A stretch of 64,000 nt of DNA from Candidatus Latescibacterota bacterium (lineage in GTDB: Bacteria > Latescibacterota > CBDEFO01): assembly GCA_965237525.1 (NCBI GenBank), contig CBDEFO010000004.1, forward strand, positions 192,001 through 256,000, written 5' to 3'. The notes beneath the pieces were generated by a model, which saw nothing but the letters and a program-made list of their open reading frames with translations, did no database searches and had not been told where the DNA came from. The position numbers and the translations under genes are program-made. Positions 21,573-30,863 of this stretch are shown piece by piece (position 1 is the stretch's first letter; each line of letters begins with the position of its first letter).

Positions 21573-21868
21573 TTATTTCAGTTCTACAAGAATAGCGCAT
21601 CCTTCGCTGGAGCCAAGATTCTCTGTGGCGTGCTCCACCGCGTCTGCGAAAATTGCCTCGCCCGCTTTCAACTCAACTTCTGCGGTTCCCCCATCAGGTA
21701 AGGTGAAGTTGTACTTGCCATCGCTTATGCCAATGGCAACGAGAGCTGGGTGCGAATGCATATCTGTCTTTTGACCGGGCTTCATCCGACTTTCTAGCAC
21801 CCGCACCCGATCGTCTCCAGTATAACCTTGTAGACATGCGGTGCCGCAGCCGTTGCATCTCTTGCCAT
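21573..21868 (-). CDS. Small cupin protein (gene cassette); one missing base near 21815
   Basis: MARDATAAAPHVYKVILE joins DRVRVLE...MHSHP...EHATEN if one A is restored; AAGGA RBS. Confidence 0.75.
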
Positions 21869-21911
21869 TTTGCTCTTCCTTTATTCCTTTATAATGAACA
21901 GAGACCATCTC

Positions 21912-22008
21912 GGATAACGTTTGCCACCATACGAAGTTATGCATAACGAAGTAGAGCAGAATCCGAGAAAGCAAAGTGCAATAAGCCTTTCGTATAGTGC
22001 TGTTAGGT
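21912..22008 (-). mobile_element. Integron attC site (97 bp)
   Basis: Minus strand: R'' ACCTAAC, arms CACTATACGAA / TTCGTATGGTG, R' GTTATCC. Confidence 0.8.
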
Positions 22009-22030
22009 GCGCCGAGCGGAGGGGTCACAT

Positions 22031-22309
22031 TCAGCTTTTTTTCAATCTATAGAGTTGTGGTTTTGTCTTTGGTATTCTTTCTATAGTATTTCTTGCTTCG
22101 AGATCAAGTTTAATAACCTCTACATACCAAGATATCGAACCTTCGAATCCATCCTTTAGGTTCTTTTCAACAGCTTTTGATAATGAAGCAAAAGTTAATT
22201 CTTTCGATTTTAAGGTTTCGACTATTGATTCTCGGATAACTTTATACTTCGCTTTGCTGATATTCACTCCCTTCTTTCCTTCAGGATGTTGAGTTAAAAT
22301 TCTTTCCAT
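22031..22309 (-). CDS. Small hypothetical cassette protein (winged-helix-like)
   Basis: Low-GC 92-aa ORF (HPEGKKG...FEGSISWY..IKLDLEAR) between two attC sites. Confidence 0.8.
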   Translation of the reverse strand: MERILTQHPEGKKGVNISKAKYKVIRESIVETLKSKELTFASLSKAVEKNLKDGFEGSISWYVEVIKLDLEARNTIERIPKTKPQLYRLKKS

Positions 22310-22323
22310 TTAGCCTAAATGTC

Positions 22324-22410
22324 ACCTAACGTTCCACGGGTTAATGAACCCCTAAGGGGTTGGCGAAGCCCAAGCGGCGAACGCCGCGCAGCATTAACCC
22401 GCTGCTAACG
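22324..22410 (-). mobile_element. Integron attC site (87 bp)
   Basis: Minus strand: R'' CGTTAGC, perfect arms CGGGTTAATG / CATTAACCCG, R' GTTAGGT. Confidence 0.8.
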
Positions 22411-22424
22411 GAAGTGGTAATATT

Positions 22425-22640
22425 TCAATCTCTAAGTTCAGAAACGTCATCCTGGTACCACACAGAGATAATTGTTTTGGATGGCTCTAAGCTGCCCCCA
22501 CAGGACGTCTGCTGGATATCCTTGATTTGAATTTTTGGATTTTCTCTAAGCCAATTGTTGATTTCCTTCTCGAGAGCAGACGAGCTTCTTGACAAGGACC
22601 TGAAGTATCCCCTTTCTTTGGCAAACAATTTCACTAGCAT
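22425..22640 (-). CDS. Small hypothetical cassette protein
   Basis: AGGAG RBS; LEKEINNWL...IKDIQQ...IISVWY; followed directly by attC. Confidence 0.7.
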   Translation of the reverse strand: MLVKLFAKERGYFRSLSRSSSALEKEINNWLRENPKIQIKDIQQTSCGGSLEPSKTIISVWYQDDVSELRD

Positions 22641-22729
22641 GAAGACTCCTCTTCTGTGTAAGATCAATGAGGTAATTTAGCTTACGCAAGTGAAGTCAAC
22701 TGGGACACAGGGACGTGCTGTCTTCATAT

Positions 22730-22812
22730 CCATTTCCGTTAACTCAAAATCACCGAAACACTTCGTTTATGCTCCTAAATTGGAATATTTTTCGACGTAC
22801 TTGGTTTATGCA
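22730..22812 (-). mobile_element. Putative attI-like or secondary integration site
   Basis: Core GTTAACG at 22743. GTTAACGGAAATGG is 12/14 complementary to the R'' side of the first cassette. Two direct repeats of GCATAAAC lie upstream. Confidence 0.5.
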
Positions 22813-22897
22813 CTACTCTACGTGAGAACACAAAATGTAATTTTTGCTATTTTCATCTTCTTCAAGGTCAAAGCTAAAAGCTCTATTCCCCGGGACG

Positions 22898-23506
22898 TCA
22901 TATCAAATAGACGATAGTAAAGAGTATAATCCAGACAAGATCCACAAAGTGCCAGTACAGCCCAATTATCTCAACGCCGGTGTGATCTTCTTGTGAATAG
23001 CCGCCGCGGAACGCCTTTACCGTGACAAAGATCATGCAAAGGACTCCTATAGTCACGTGGGCGCCGTGGAAGCCCGTCAAGGTGAAGAAACAGGCCCCGA
23101 AAAGGGTGCCGCTGACAACAAGCCCCCCGTGGATTAATTCACTGTATTCGTACGCCTGTACGCTCAAGAACAACGCCCCCAGGATCACGGTTCCCACAAG
23201 GTATTTCTTGAGCCCTCTTTGATCATCGTTCCCAATTGCCGCAAACGCCTTTACCATGGTCACACTGCTGCAGATCAGGATAAAGGTGTTAAGAGCAGTA
23301 AGCGGCACGTTAAGGATATCACCGGGGGTTGCCCAAAGGGGACTGTCGGGCCAGCTAAGGCTTCCGAACCGGAGCACAATATAAGATCCGATCAAACCCG
23401 TAAAAAACATGACCTCCGAGCCGAGAAATACCCACATCCCTAACTTCTTGGTCTCCAGACCGAGGCTCGTCTCAGAGGGAGGTGGCAACGGTATTGCTTC
23501 TGCCAT
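22898..23506 (-). CDS. ctaE: Cytochrome c oxidase subunit III
   Basis: GMWVFLGSEVMFF, LTGFHGAHV and YWHFVDLVW motifs. Confidence 0.95.
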   Translation of the reverse strand: MAEAIPLPPPSETSLGLETKKLGMWVFLGSEVMFFTGLIGSYIVLRFGSLSWPDSPLWATPGDILNVPLTALNTFILICSSVTMVKAFAAIGNDDQRGLKKYLVGTVILGALFLSVQAYEYSELIHGGLVVSGTLFGACFFTLTGFHGAHVTIGVLCMIFVTVKAFRGGYSQEDHTGVEIIGLYWHFVDLVWIILFTIVYLI

Positions 23507-23530
23507 TTTATGGTTCTCCTTGTTTGATAT

Positions 23531-24526
23531 TCACGATAAAGGAACCTTGTCAAATATCATAACTGTCAACAATAGGGGAAGATAGATCAGTGAAGCTAAC
23601 ATAAGCATTCGGGCATACGCCTCGGTTCTGAAGAGGGCAAAACACAGGCTGCATCCTAAAAGTAAGAGACTCAGACAGAGTGCCACAAAGAAGTAGAGCA
23701 CACCTACCATACCCAGAAAGGCAGGGATTAGGCTGAAAGACATCAGGACAAGACTATAAAGGGCGGCCTGTCGCCCCGTGCTTTTTCCATCAGGATCAAA
23801 AAAAGGCAGCATCTTGCAGCCAGCTTTTGCATAATCGTCCCTGTAGATCCAGGCGATTGAGAGGAAATGAGGAAATTGCCAAAAGAAGAGGATCAAAAAG
23901 AGCATCCAAGCCTCAGAATTGATCTGGCCCCTTGCTGCTGCCCAACCCCCTATGGAGGGAATCGACCCTGGAATTGCCCCTATCAGTGTATTCAAGGACG
24001 TCTTTCTTTTCAGAGGAGTGTACAAGAACAGATAGCTCGAGATGGTGACTACAGAAAGCAAGCTGGTGGTAAGATTGACCAGAATGGCAAGGTATATAAC
24101 CCCTGTGACAGATAGGCCAACGCCGAAGCGCAGGGCGTCCTCCGGGTCCAATCGCCCAGATGGAAGAGGACGATCTTTCGTTCGCTGCATCTGTGAATCG
24201 AACTCGCGCTCAAGGAACTGGTTCAATGCAGCGGCTCCTCCTGCTACCAATGCCGCCCCAGCAAGCGCGTGGAGCAGAAGAAAGATGTCAAGGGCACCTG
24301 TGGACCCGAGATAGAATCCAGACAGAGTGGTCAAAAGAACAAACGACGTAATCCGGGGTTTTACAAGCTGAAGGTAATCCGATATTTTCTTGAGGACATC
24401 GTCGGATAGTCTAAATTCCCCTCTTGCAGCTAAAGAAACATTGGAGTTTCTTAGGCTTGGGACGCTATCTTTGCCCAAAGGACCGTCTGATGATAGATCG
24501 AGAGTATATGTATCCTCTTTCTGCAT
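23531..24526 (-). CDS. ctaB: Protoheme IX farnesyltransferase (heme o synthase)
   Basis: KPRI, MQRTKDRPLPSG, YTPLKR and WQFPHF motifs. Confidence 0.95.
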   Translation of the reverse strand: MQKEDTYTLDLSSDGPLGKDSVPSLRNSNVSLAARGEFRLSDDVLKKISDYLQLVKPRITSFVLLTTLSGFYLGSTGALDIFLLLHALAGAALVAGGAAALNQFLEREFDSQMQRTKDRPLPSGRLDPEDALRFGVGLSVTGVIYLAILVNLTTSLLSVVTISSYLFLYTPLKRKTSLNTLIGAIPGSIPSIGGWAAARGQINSEAWMLFLILFFWQFPHFLSIAWIYRDDYAKAGCKMLPFFDPDGKSTGRQAALYSLVLMSFSLIPAFLGMVGVLYFFVALCLSLLLLGCSLCFALFRTEAYARMLMLASLIYLPLLLTVMIFDKVPLS

Positions 24527-24528
24527 CT

Positions 24529-25527
24529 TTACCGCGTCTCCAAGGTTCTCTCAGGAATGCCCAGCATCTGGTAGGATCTTAGCGTAAGGGTCAGGCTTGA
24601 GGCCAAAACGAGGGCGCCGACTCCTACGTGGGCAGTCGTCAGATAGACCTCTTTGGCCGTCCAGATGACGAACGCCCCAAGGAGGATCTGAATGACCAAA
24701 AGCCCCGCCATAAGGAGTGATGGAACTAAAAGTCTGACTTGATCTTTATAGTCCCTGATGATCTTTGTTACTGTCCACAGGCCTCCTATCGTCACGACCC
24801 CCGCTCCTACCCTATGGGCAAAGTGGATGAGGATTCCTGTCCGGTATTCGTCTAAAAGGGAGAAGATCGGAGGAACCAGGCGGCCGAAAGAAAGGGGAAA
24901 GTCAGGAATAGCAAGTCCTGATCCTGTGTGTCGCACAAGGGCACCCAACAAAAGCTGAAGATAGATAAATGCGGTAGTTGTAAGAGAAAGGGATCGTAAG
25001 GAGGGAATGCCTCTATCTTCAAGTTTATTCGGACAATTAGGACCGCTCGCACCACGCTTCCATTCGGATGAAGTGAAAAGAGCCAGGCTGACGGTGATAC
25101 CAAAGAAGGCCTGAGCCAAGCAGGCGTGAGTCACCGAGATGAAAGTCGGGAGTCGGTAGATAACAGTTAACCCTCCCAGGACTCCCTGAACAACGATAGT
25201 TGCCAGCGCTCCCATTCCCAGCGAGCGAACCCACCGGCGGGGTTCCTTGAACCATAGCCAAAAAGAAAGGATCACCGTCAAAAAACCTACAGACATAGCG
25301 ATCATGCGATGTCCATGTTCATAAAATATCCCTCCGACCATGGGAGGGAAGAGCGTACCATACGAAAGCGGCCAATCAGGCACTGAGAGGCCGGAGCCGG
25401 TGCTGGTGACCAGACCGCCTGCGATGATCAGAACGAACGTCCCCGCCGCTGTTAGCACGGCGAACCGATGGAGCCACAGATTATCCCTTGACCTGCTCAC
25501 TTCAAGTGTGTTTCTACTTTCCACCAT
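24529..25527 (-). CDS. ctaA: Heme A synthase (COX15/CtaA)
   Basis: GGLVTSTGSGLSVPDWP, EHGHR, HACLAQ and HFAHR motifs. Confidence 0.9.
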   Translation of the reverse strand: MVESRNTLEVSRSRDNLWLHRFAVLTAAGTFVLIIAGGLVTSTGSGLSVPDWPLSYGTLFPPMVGGIFYEHGHRMIAMSVGFLTVILSFWLWFKEPRRWVRSLGMGALATIVVQGVLGGLTVIYRLPTFISVTHACLAQAFFGITVSLALFTSSEWKRGASGPNCPNKLEDRGIPSLRSLSLTTTAFIYLQLLLGALVRHTGSGLAIPDFPLSFGRLVPPIFSLLDEYRTGILIHFAHRVGAGVVTIGGLWTVTKIIRDYKDQVRLLVPSLLMAGLLVIQILLGAFVIWTAKEVYLTTAHVGVGALVLASSLTLTLRSYQMLGIPERTLETR

Positions 25528-27325
25528 CGCCCCCTGCGGGGACCTCTTCAAGATTGCGGGATTGAAGCAGCCAATCTTCCTGGACCTGGGGTGAACTGTA
25601 CTCGTGTGGACCCCGATAGACCGTAGGGATCGTATCAAAGTTCCCGTGCCCCGGAGGAGAGGGACAGATCCATTCGAGCGTGTTCGCCCGCCAAGGGTTC
25701 TTGTCCGACACCTTCCCTCTGTAAAGAGAGTAGAAGAAGTTGATAAAGAAGGGGATTTGAGCAAATCCGAGCACGATGCTGCTGATCGTCATAAAGACAT
25801 TTAACGGTTGAAGGGGCTGGAGGAATTCGTAAAAAGTGGGGTCGTATATTCTTCGCATCATTCCGCCGGCTCCCGCCATGTGCATTGGGAAGAAGACGCC
25901 ATTCATACTGATGAAGGTCAACCAGAAGTGTACTTTACCCCAGCGTTCGTTCATCAAGCGTCCGAATATCTTGGGAAACCAGAAGTAGATTCCGGCGAAG
26001 ATCGCCATCACGCTTCCCGTGAAGACGACATAGTGGATATGGGCGACGATGAAGTAGGTATCGTGAATGAAGATGTCAACCGGCGTGGATGCCATAAAGA
26101 TACCGCTTAAGCCGCCGATGATGAAGTGGGCTACAAACGCTATGGCAAAGCACATCGGTGTAGTAAACCAAATGGATGCGCCCCAAAGCGTTCCGAGCCA
26201 ATTGAACGTCTTGACGGACGACGGAACGGCGATTACCATGGTGGAGATCATAAAGGTCGTGCCCAAGACAGGGTTCATCCCGCTCTGGAACATGTGATGT
26301 CCCCAGACGATGAAGCCCAAACCCGCGATCGAAATCAAAGAGAAGACCATCGCCTTATACCCGAAGATGGGCTTGCGGGCAAAGGTCGAGATTATGTCCG
26401 AGACTATGCCCATAGCCGGCAGAATCATAATATAGACCGCAGGGTGGGAGTAGAACCAGAATACATGCTGAAATAGGAGCGGTTGTCCTCCTGCGCCCTT
26501 CTCCAGCAGCGTTCCCCCAATCATAAGACCTTTCGGCAGGAAGAAGCTGGTTCCGAGGACCCGATCAAAAAACAACATTATCACGCCAGCGGTCAAGACG
26601 GGCGTTGCTAAGACCTGGAGAATTGCCGTTATAAAGAGAGACCAGATCGAAAGAGGAAGGCGCAGCATCGACATCCCAGGCGCCCTCAAATTTAGGATGG
26701 TCGTGACATAGTTCATCCCTCCTACTACGGACGACATCCCCACCAGACCGATGCCTATGAGCCACAAGTTCGTTCCGTTGCCTGGCAGTGTAGCAGCAAG
26801 GGGAGGATATGTTGTCCAGCCGGCGCCGGCTGGCCCTCCTTCTGCCCAGAAGCTGGAAAATACGATGATCGCCGCAGGCCAGAACAACCAGTAGGAGATG
26901 GCGTTGAGTGTGGGAAACGCCATATCACGGTAGCCGATCTGCAGGGGAATCAGGAAGTTTGCAAAAAAACCAGCCAGAAGAGGGATAATCACAAAAAAGA
27001 TCATAATGGTGGCGTGCATTGTGAAGAGGTTGTTATAACCCTCCGGCAGGAGAATGTACTGCGTCTGGCCGGTCTCTTCGTTTACGCTTGTCTGGACGAT
27101 GCTGTCCGGAAGCAGATATCCGAAGGGCATACTTTCTCCTGGATAGGCAAGCTGCCAGCGAACACCCAAAGCTAATAGACCGCCCACAACGAAGAAAAAT
27201 AGGCTGGTAAAGAGGAACTGCTTGGCTATAACCTTGTGATCGGTGGACCAGATATATTTTCTAATGAAGCTCAGTTTGTGATGAACATCGTGGCCGGCCA
27301 TCTCAGCGCCCTTATTATCGTTCAT
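25514..27325 (-). CDS. ctaD: Cytochrome c oxidase subunit I, A2-type heme-copper oxidase
   Basis: STDHK, FTMHA, YSHPAVY (A2-type YS motif), WGHHM and AHIHY motifs. Confidence 0.97.
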   Translation of the reverse strand: MNDNKGAEMAGHDVHHKLSFIRKYIWSTDHKVIAKQFLFTSLFFFVVGGLLALGVRWQLAYPGESMPFGYLLPDSIVQTSVNEETGQTQYILLPEGYNNLFTMHATIMIFFVIIPLLAGFFANFLIPLQIGYRDMAFPTLNAISYWLFWPAAIIVFSSFWAEGGPAGAGWTTYPPLAATLPGNGTNLWLIGIGLVGMSSVVGGMNYVTTILNLRAPGMSMLRLPLSIWSLFITAILQVLATPVLTAGVIMLFFDRVLGTSFFLPKGLMIGGTLLEKGAGGQPLLFQHVFWFYSHPAVYIMILPAMGIVSDIISTFARKPIFGYKAMVFSLISIAGLGFIVWGHHMFQSGMNPVLGTTFMISTMVIAVPSSVKTFNWLGTLWGASIWFTTPMCFAIAFVAHFIIGGLSGIFMASTPVDIFIHDTYFIVAHIHYVVFTGSVMAIFAGIYFWFPKIFGRLMNERWGKVHFWLTFISMNGVFFPMHMAGAGGMMRRIYDPTFYEFLQPLQPLNVFMTISSIVLGFAQIPFFINFFYSLYRGKVSDKNPWRANTLEWICPSPPGHGNFDTIPTVYRGPHEYSSPQVQEDWLLQSRNLEEVPAGGDGGK

Positions 27326-27348
27326 ACATCATCCCCGTACATAGACTT

Positions 27349-27412
27349 GGGCGAACACGTGGGTTCGCCCCTACATCCATCTTTTGTAGGGGCAGACCCG
27401 TGTGTCTGCCCT
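27349..27412. repeat. Inverted pair of GTAG-type REP elements
   Basis: GGGCGAACACGTGGGTTCGCCCCTAC ... GTAGGGGCAGACCCGTGTGTCTGCCC. Confidence 0.75.
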
Positions 27413-27428
27413 GAAAATGAGATTCTTC

Positions 27429-28274
27429 TTAATAATAATATTCCTCTTCATCCAGTTTTTCCTCAAGTAATTCGTCGAGCCATGTCTGAAATTCTTCGGG
27501 TGTCTGGACAGTTATGAAACCTCTCATTCTGTAGTGCCCAAGACCACAAAGCTCGGCGCAGGCGATCTCCCAAGTTCCAGTTTGGGTCGCCACCACCCAG
27601 ACGTTGGGAGAAATCATCCCCGGGAGAACATCGTGCTTGATGCGGAAGTGAGGCAGAAAGAAGCTGTGGATGACATCTTTGGACTGCAAAAGGAAGCGAA
27701 CGTTTCGGTTGGCAGGAATATGGAGAATGTTAATCGTTGTCAGATCGTCCGCAGAGACAGGGTCGCTCCCGTCAATTCCGAGCGGGTTGTCGGAGGTTAT
27801 CAGTTTTGGATCGCGTCTGGCGAACTTCCCATCCGGCCCAGAGTATCTAAAGTTCCAAGCGAATTGCTCCGCAACAACTTCTATGTCGAACGTATCTTCG
27901 GGAATATCATAGCGAAGATCTGACCAGATCGTGTTACTGTAGATCGCCAAACCGATAAAAAAGATTGTCGGGACTATAGTCCAGACGAATTCAAGACGGG
28001 TATTACCGCGAGAATAGACGGCTCTGCGGCCCTCCCGACGGCGATAACGGATCATAAAGTAAATCAGGAGACCCTCAGTGATTAGGAACACAAAGCCTGT
28101 AACCCCGAGGATAAAAAAGTACAAAGAGTCGATCTTGGAACCGTGGAGCGAGACATCTTCCGGAAAACTCCAGCTAAATAACCGAGAATCAATGGCAAAC
28201 GCAGGGGCAGATCCTGAGGAGAGGATCGCAAGGACTGTCAAGATTAGCAACTTAATCAAAGTACGCAGATTCAT
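27429..28274 (-). CDS. ctaC: Cytochrome c oxidase subunit II (CuA; no fused cytochrome c)
   Basis: DVIHSF and CAELCGLGHYRM motifs; no CxxCH. Confidence 0.96.
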   Translation of the reverse strand: MNLRTLIKLLILTVLAILSSGSAPAFAIDSRLFSWSFPEDVSLHGSKIDSLYFFILGVTGFVFLITEGLLIYFMIRYRRREGRRAVYSRGNTRLEFVWTIVPTIFFIGLAIYSNTIWSDLRYDIPEDTFDIEVVAEQFAWNFRYSGPDGKFARRDPKLITSDNPLGIDGSDPVSADDLTTINILHIPANRNVRFLLQSKDVIHSFFLPHFRIKHDVLPGMISPNVWVVATQTGTWEIACAELCGLGHYRMRGFITVQTPEEFQTWLDELLEEKLDEEEYYY

Positions 28275-28370
28275 CTTCGGCCTTCTCCGTACGCAAGACT
28301 GTTGTGAAGAGTCCCGAAAAGTATCGAAAAACTTTCTTGGGGGAAGAGAGACAGATTTCGGGTGTGACTC

Positions 28371-29096
28371 TTACTTAGATCTGCTCGGAGGTATAAAGGT
28401 GAAGTCGATAGTCTTGGTCTCCCCTGCTCCCACTTTCACAGTCTGGGTCCGGGTTCCGAAGACCTCGTGCCAGGCTTCGATAACGTATTCCCCAGGCGGA
28501 AGGGAGTTCAACTGGAAGGTTCCTTTTTCTCCGGTAACACAGTAGAAGGGGTGTTCAAGGACGCCGATATAGGCGGTCATCCAGGGATGAACATCGCACT
28601 TTACGGGCATCATGACCTCTTCGAACTCAAACTCCTTTACCATTTCCTTCAACTGTTTTGGCATCGATATGTTAAATTCGTCGTTCTCCTCGGGCATGCA
28701 ATGGATATTATGGAGGATGCCGTCGCTGTTGAGTATCTTTAAAAGCTGTCCCACCTGAATCCCAACTATATGAGGAACGTACATACAGCCATTTTGATCC
28801 AGAACGACCGGCTCTTCAGGAGGCTCAAATCCCCCACCTTCGAGTCCCTCCCTGACATAGACGAAGACATTTCGGAGGGTACTGTCCTCATTGACAATGA
28901 CCCTCTCACTTAGAGACGGTTCGGTGTGTTTGGCAGCGCAGACAGCATCTGCGTCCATCTTTATTTTCCTTCTCCTTAGAATCTTTCCGTCAAATGCCAC
29001 TTTACCGGTGATGTTGCCACCGCCTGCAAGGACTTCGTCGAGGGTAAGAGACAGAAGAACGATTGCAGAAAGAGATAGTAGCTTTCGAAGTTTCAT
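28371..29096 (-). CDS. Exported cupredoxin-like / carboxypeptidase-regulatory-like domain protein
   Basis: Signal peptide; LDQNGCMYVPH; HNIH...CDVHPWM (His/Cys/His/Met); PGEYVIEAWHE. Confidence 0.8.
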   Translation of the reverse strand: MKLRKLLSLSAIVLLSLTLDEVLAGGGNITGKVAFDGKILRRRKIKMDADAVCAAKHTEPSLSERVIVNEDSTLRNVFVYVREGLEGGGFEPPEEPVVLDQNGCMYVPHIVGIQVGQLLKILNSDGILHNIHCMPEENDEFNISMPKQLKEMVKEFEFEEVMMPVKCDVHPWMTAYIGVLEHPFYCVTGEKGTFQLNSLPPGEYVIEAWHEVFGTRTQTVKVGAGETKTIDFTFIPPSRSK

Positions 29097-29136
29097 TGAG
29101 AACCTCCCAGGAGGATGCGGGTTACAAAAGGTAACT

Positions 29137-29460
29137 CTACGGTGAATTGGGATGCTCTTTTTTCTTCTGCTGGCGATAGGCGTTGAACACGAGAAGTCCG
29201 ACAGCTCCGACCAACACAAAAGGAGAGAACATCATCACAAGGATGCTCCAGTAGAACCCTTGGGCAAGCTCAGCCGCGCTCTCGGAGTCTCCTTCGGTGG
29301 GAATAGCAGTCTTGCACATCTCACAAGCATCCGCAGCAGCAGAGGCGGTTAGCATGAGGAGCACGATAGCACAGAGCATTCTCAGGACGGACAATCCTTG
29401 GGAGAGGAAACTGGTCTTAGTGGAGATCTTTATGGGCCTAAAGTAAAATGGATTTGTCAT
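29137..29460 (-). CDS. Small CxxC membrane protein of cox clusters
   Basis: Signal-like segment, ACEMCK and a C-terminal TM (GFYWSILVMM). The start may be further downstream. Confidence 0.65.
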   Translation of the reverse strand: MTNPFYFRPIKISTKTSFLSQGLSVLRMLCAIVLLMLTASAAADACEMCKTAIPTEGDSESAAELAQGFYWSILVMMFSPFVLVGAVGLLVFNAYRQQKKKEHPNSP

Positions 29461-29552
29461 AATCGTAGTAGTATCTCATAATCGTAGTAGTATAATGAGA
29501 ATTATTCCTAATAATAGCATGAAAAAGATAATCAAAAATGGGGCATAAAGCA
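29457..29552 (-). promoter_or_regulatory. Possible internal promoter plus an 18-bp tandem direct repeat
   Basis: TTGCTT-N16-TATCTT on the minus strand (29552-29525). TCATAATCGTAGTAGTAT occurs at 29457 and 29476. Confidence 0.45.
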
Positions 29553-29594
29553 AGACTTTTTTCGAGGCAATGGCGAAAGCTTCACAGCATTTTT

Positions 29595-30713
29595 CTATTC
29601 CTTCAGACTCACAAGATACGCCAGAAGATGGTTGAAATCGACCGTATACAGGAGATTGCCATAGTTGTCCGGCATCTTTGAGCGGACTCTCATCCTCCTT
29701 CCCGAAAGTTTACCTATGCCGTCTTTGGAGATTCTCCTGGGTTCCTCTCTGTCTTCTATCGTAAGAGTATCATCGTCCTCAGCGATCAAAGAGCCCTCCA
29801 CGGTCGTCCCGTCCTTCATCTCTGCACTCACCCAGAAATAGCCGCCTTTGAGCATATCCTTCTTTCTTCGGGTCCTACTCACCTTAATGTCAGACTTGAA
29901 CACCTTCTTTATCTCCTCACCTATCTTCAGGGTCACGCTCTCTTTGTCTTCATCTAATAAGATCCCTTCGAGCCTGCCTTCCTTATCCGATCTCAAGTAC
30001 ACCGCTCCGAAGCCTTTAACTATCTGGGCGTTGGGATGCAAAATCGACTCTTCGATGTAATCTATCGTGTTTATGGCCCCGATGTTCGTAAGGTCGGGAC
30101 CAACTCCGCTCTTGTCAACCCCTTGCCCGCCCTGTCCGCCCTCGCCTTTGACCCCATGACACGCCAGACACCCCATCGTCTCCTTAAAGATCTTTTCACC
30201 CCTTTTGGGGTCGCCCGTGATATTCCTTTCAAGAGCAGCGAGTACAAGAGCGGCCCTTTTTGTGTCCACAGGAGGTTCGAACGGAGTTATGTCGACTTCG
30301 CCCCCCTGACTTTGAAGGAAGGCTATCACTTTTGCAGTCTCTAAATTTGAGAGCGCAATAGGTGGCTTCCACACAGGAGGCATAATGTTCGGATAGCCCT
30401 TCACAACGTAAGCTTCGGGCCTGTAGAGAGATTCTATGAAGTACTCCTTAACCGTCATGCCGGGCTTTCTCGTCACCGCATTAGCACCTACGTTCTCAAG
30501 GTCGGGACACCTTGCATCTGCTTTTGGACCGATGGAGTGGCAATTTGCACACTTGCCCTTGAAAATATCCTCTCCCGCCTTCACAAAGGCTTCCACGCTC
30601 CTTCCCACACCCCTGCCCAACTCCTCAGAGACCCGAGGGATTCCCTTGTCTGCGGAAGCGCAGGCAAAGAGTATAAAGATTGTGGAAGATAGCAATTTAA
30701 GAGGTTCTTTCAT
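29595..30713 (-). CDS. Diheme cytochrome c, probable lipoprotein
   Basis: LFAC lipobox-like; CANCH and CLACH, each with PDL..G, IES...P and a distal MP. Confidence 0.9.
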   Translation of the reverse strand: MKEPLKLLSSTIFILFACASADKGIPRVSEELGRGVGRSVEAFVKAGEDIFKGKCANCHSIGPKADARCPDLENVGANAVTRKPGMTVKEYFIESLYRPEAYVVKGYPNIMPPVWKPPIALSNLETAKVIAFLQSQGGEVDITPFEPPVDTKRAALVLAALERNITGDPKRGEKIFKETMGCLACHGVKGEGGQGGQGVDKSGVGPDLTNIGAINTIDYIEESILHPNAQIVKGFGAVYLRSDKEGRLEGILLDEDKESVTLKIGEEIKKVFKSDIKVSRTRRKKDMLKGGYFWVSAEMKDGTTVEGSLIAEDDDTLTIEDREEPRRISKDGIGKLSGRRMRVRSKMPDNYGNLLYTVDFNHLLAYLVSLKE

Positions 30714-30863
30714 CTGTGCATATCCTCGGCTTACTTTTTGAGTTGACAGGGATACAAATAGTGTGGAGGCTGAAGATGTACGAGCAAAGTTACTTCCCCC
30801 TGAGAAAACTATGAAGCTTGTGCCTTTCAGTGACGGGAATACAAAGTCGCGTTCCTCGTTTTT

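Noticed and set aside
21929..21940. ATACGAAGTTAT matching most of a loxP arm
   Set aside because: There is no second arm at 8-bp spacing, and the sequence is part of the attC stem.
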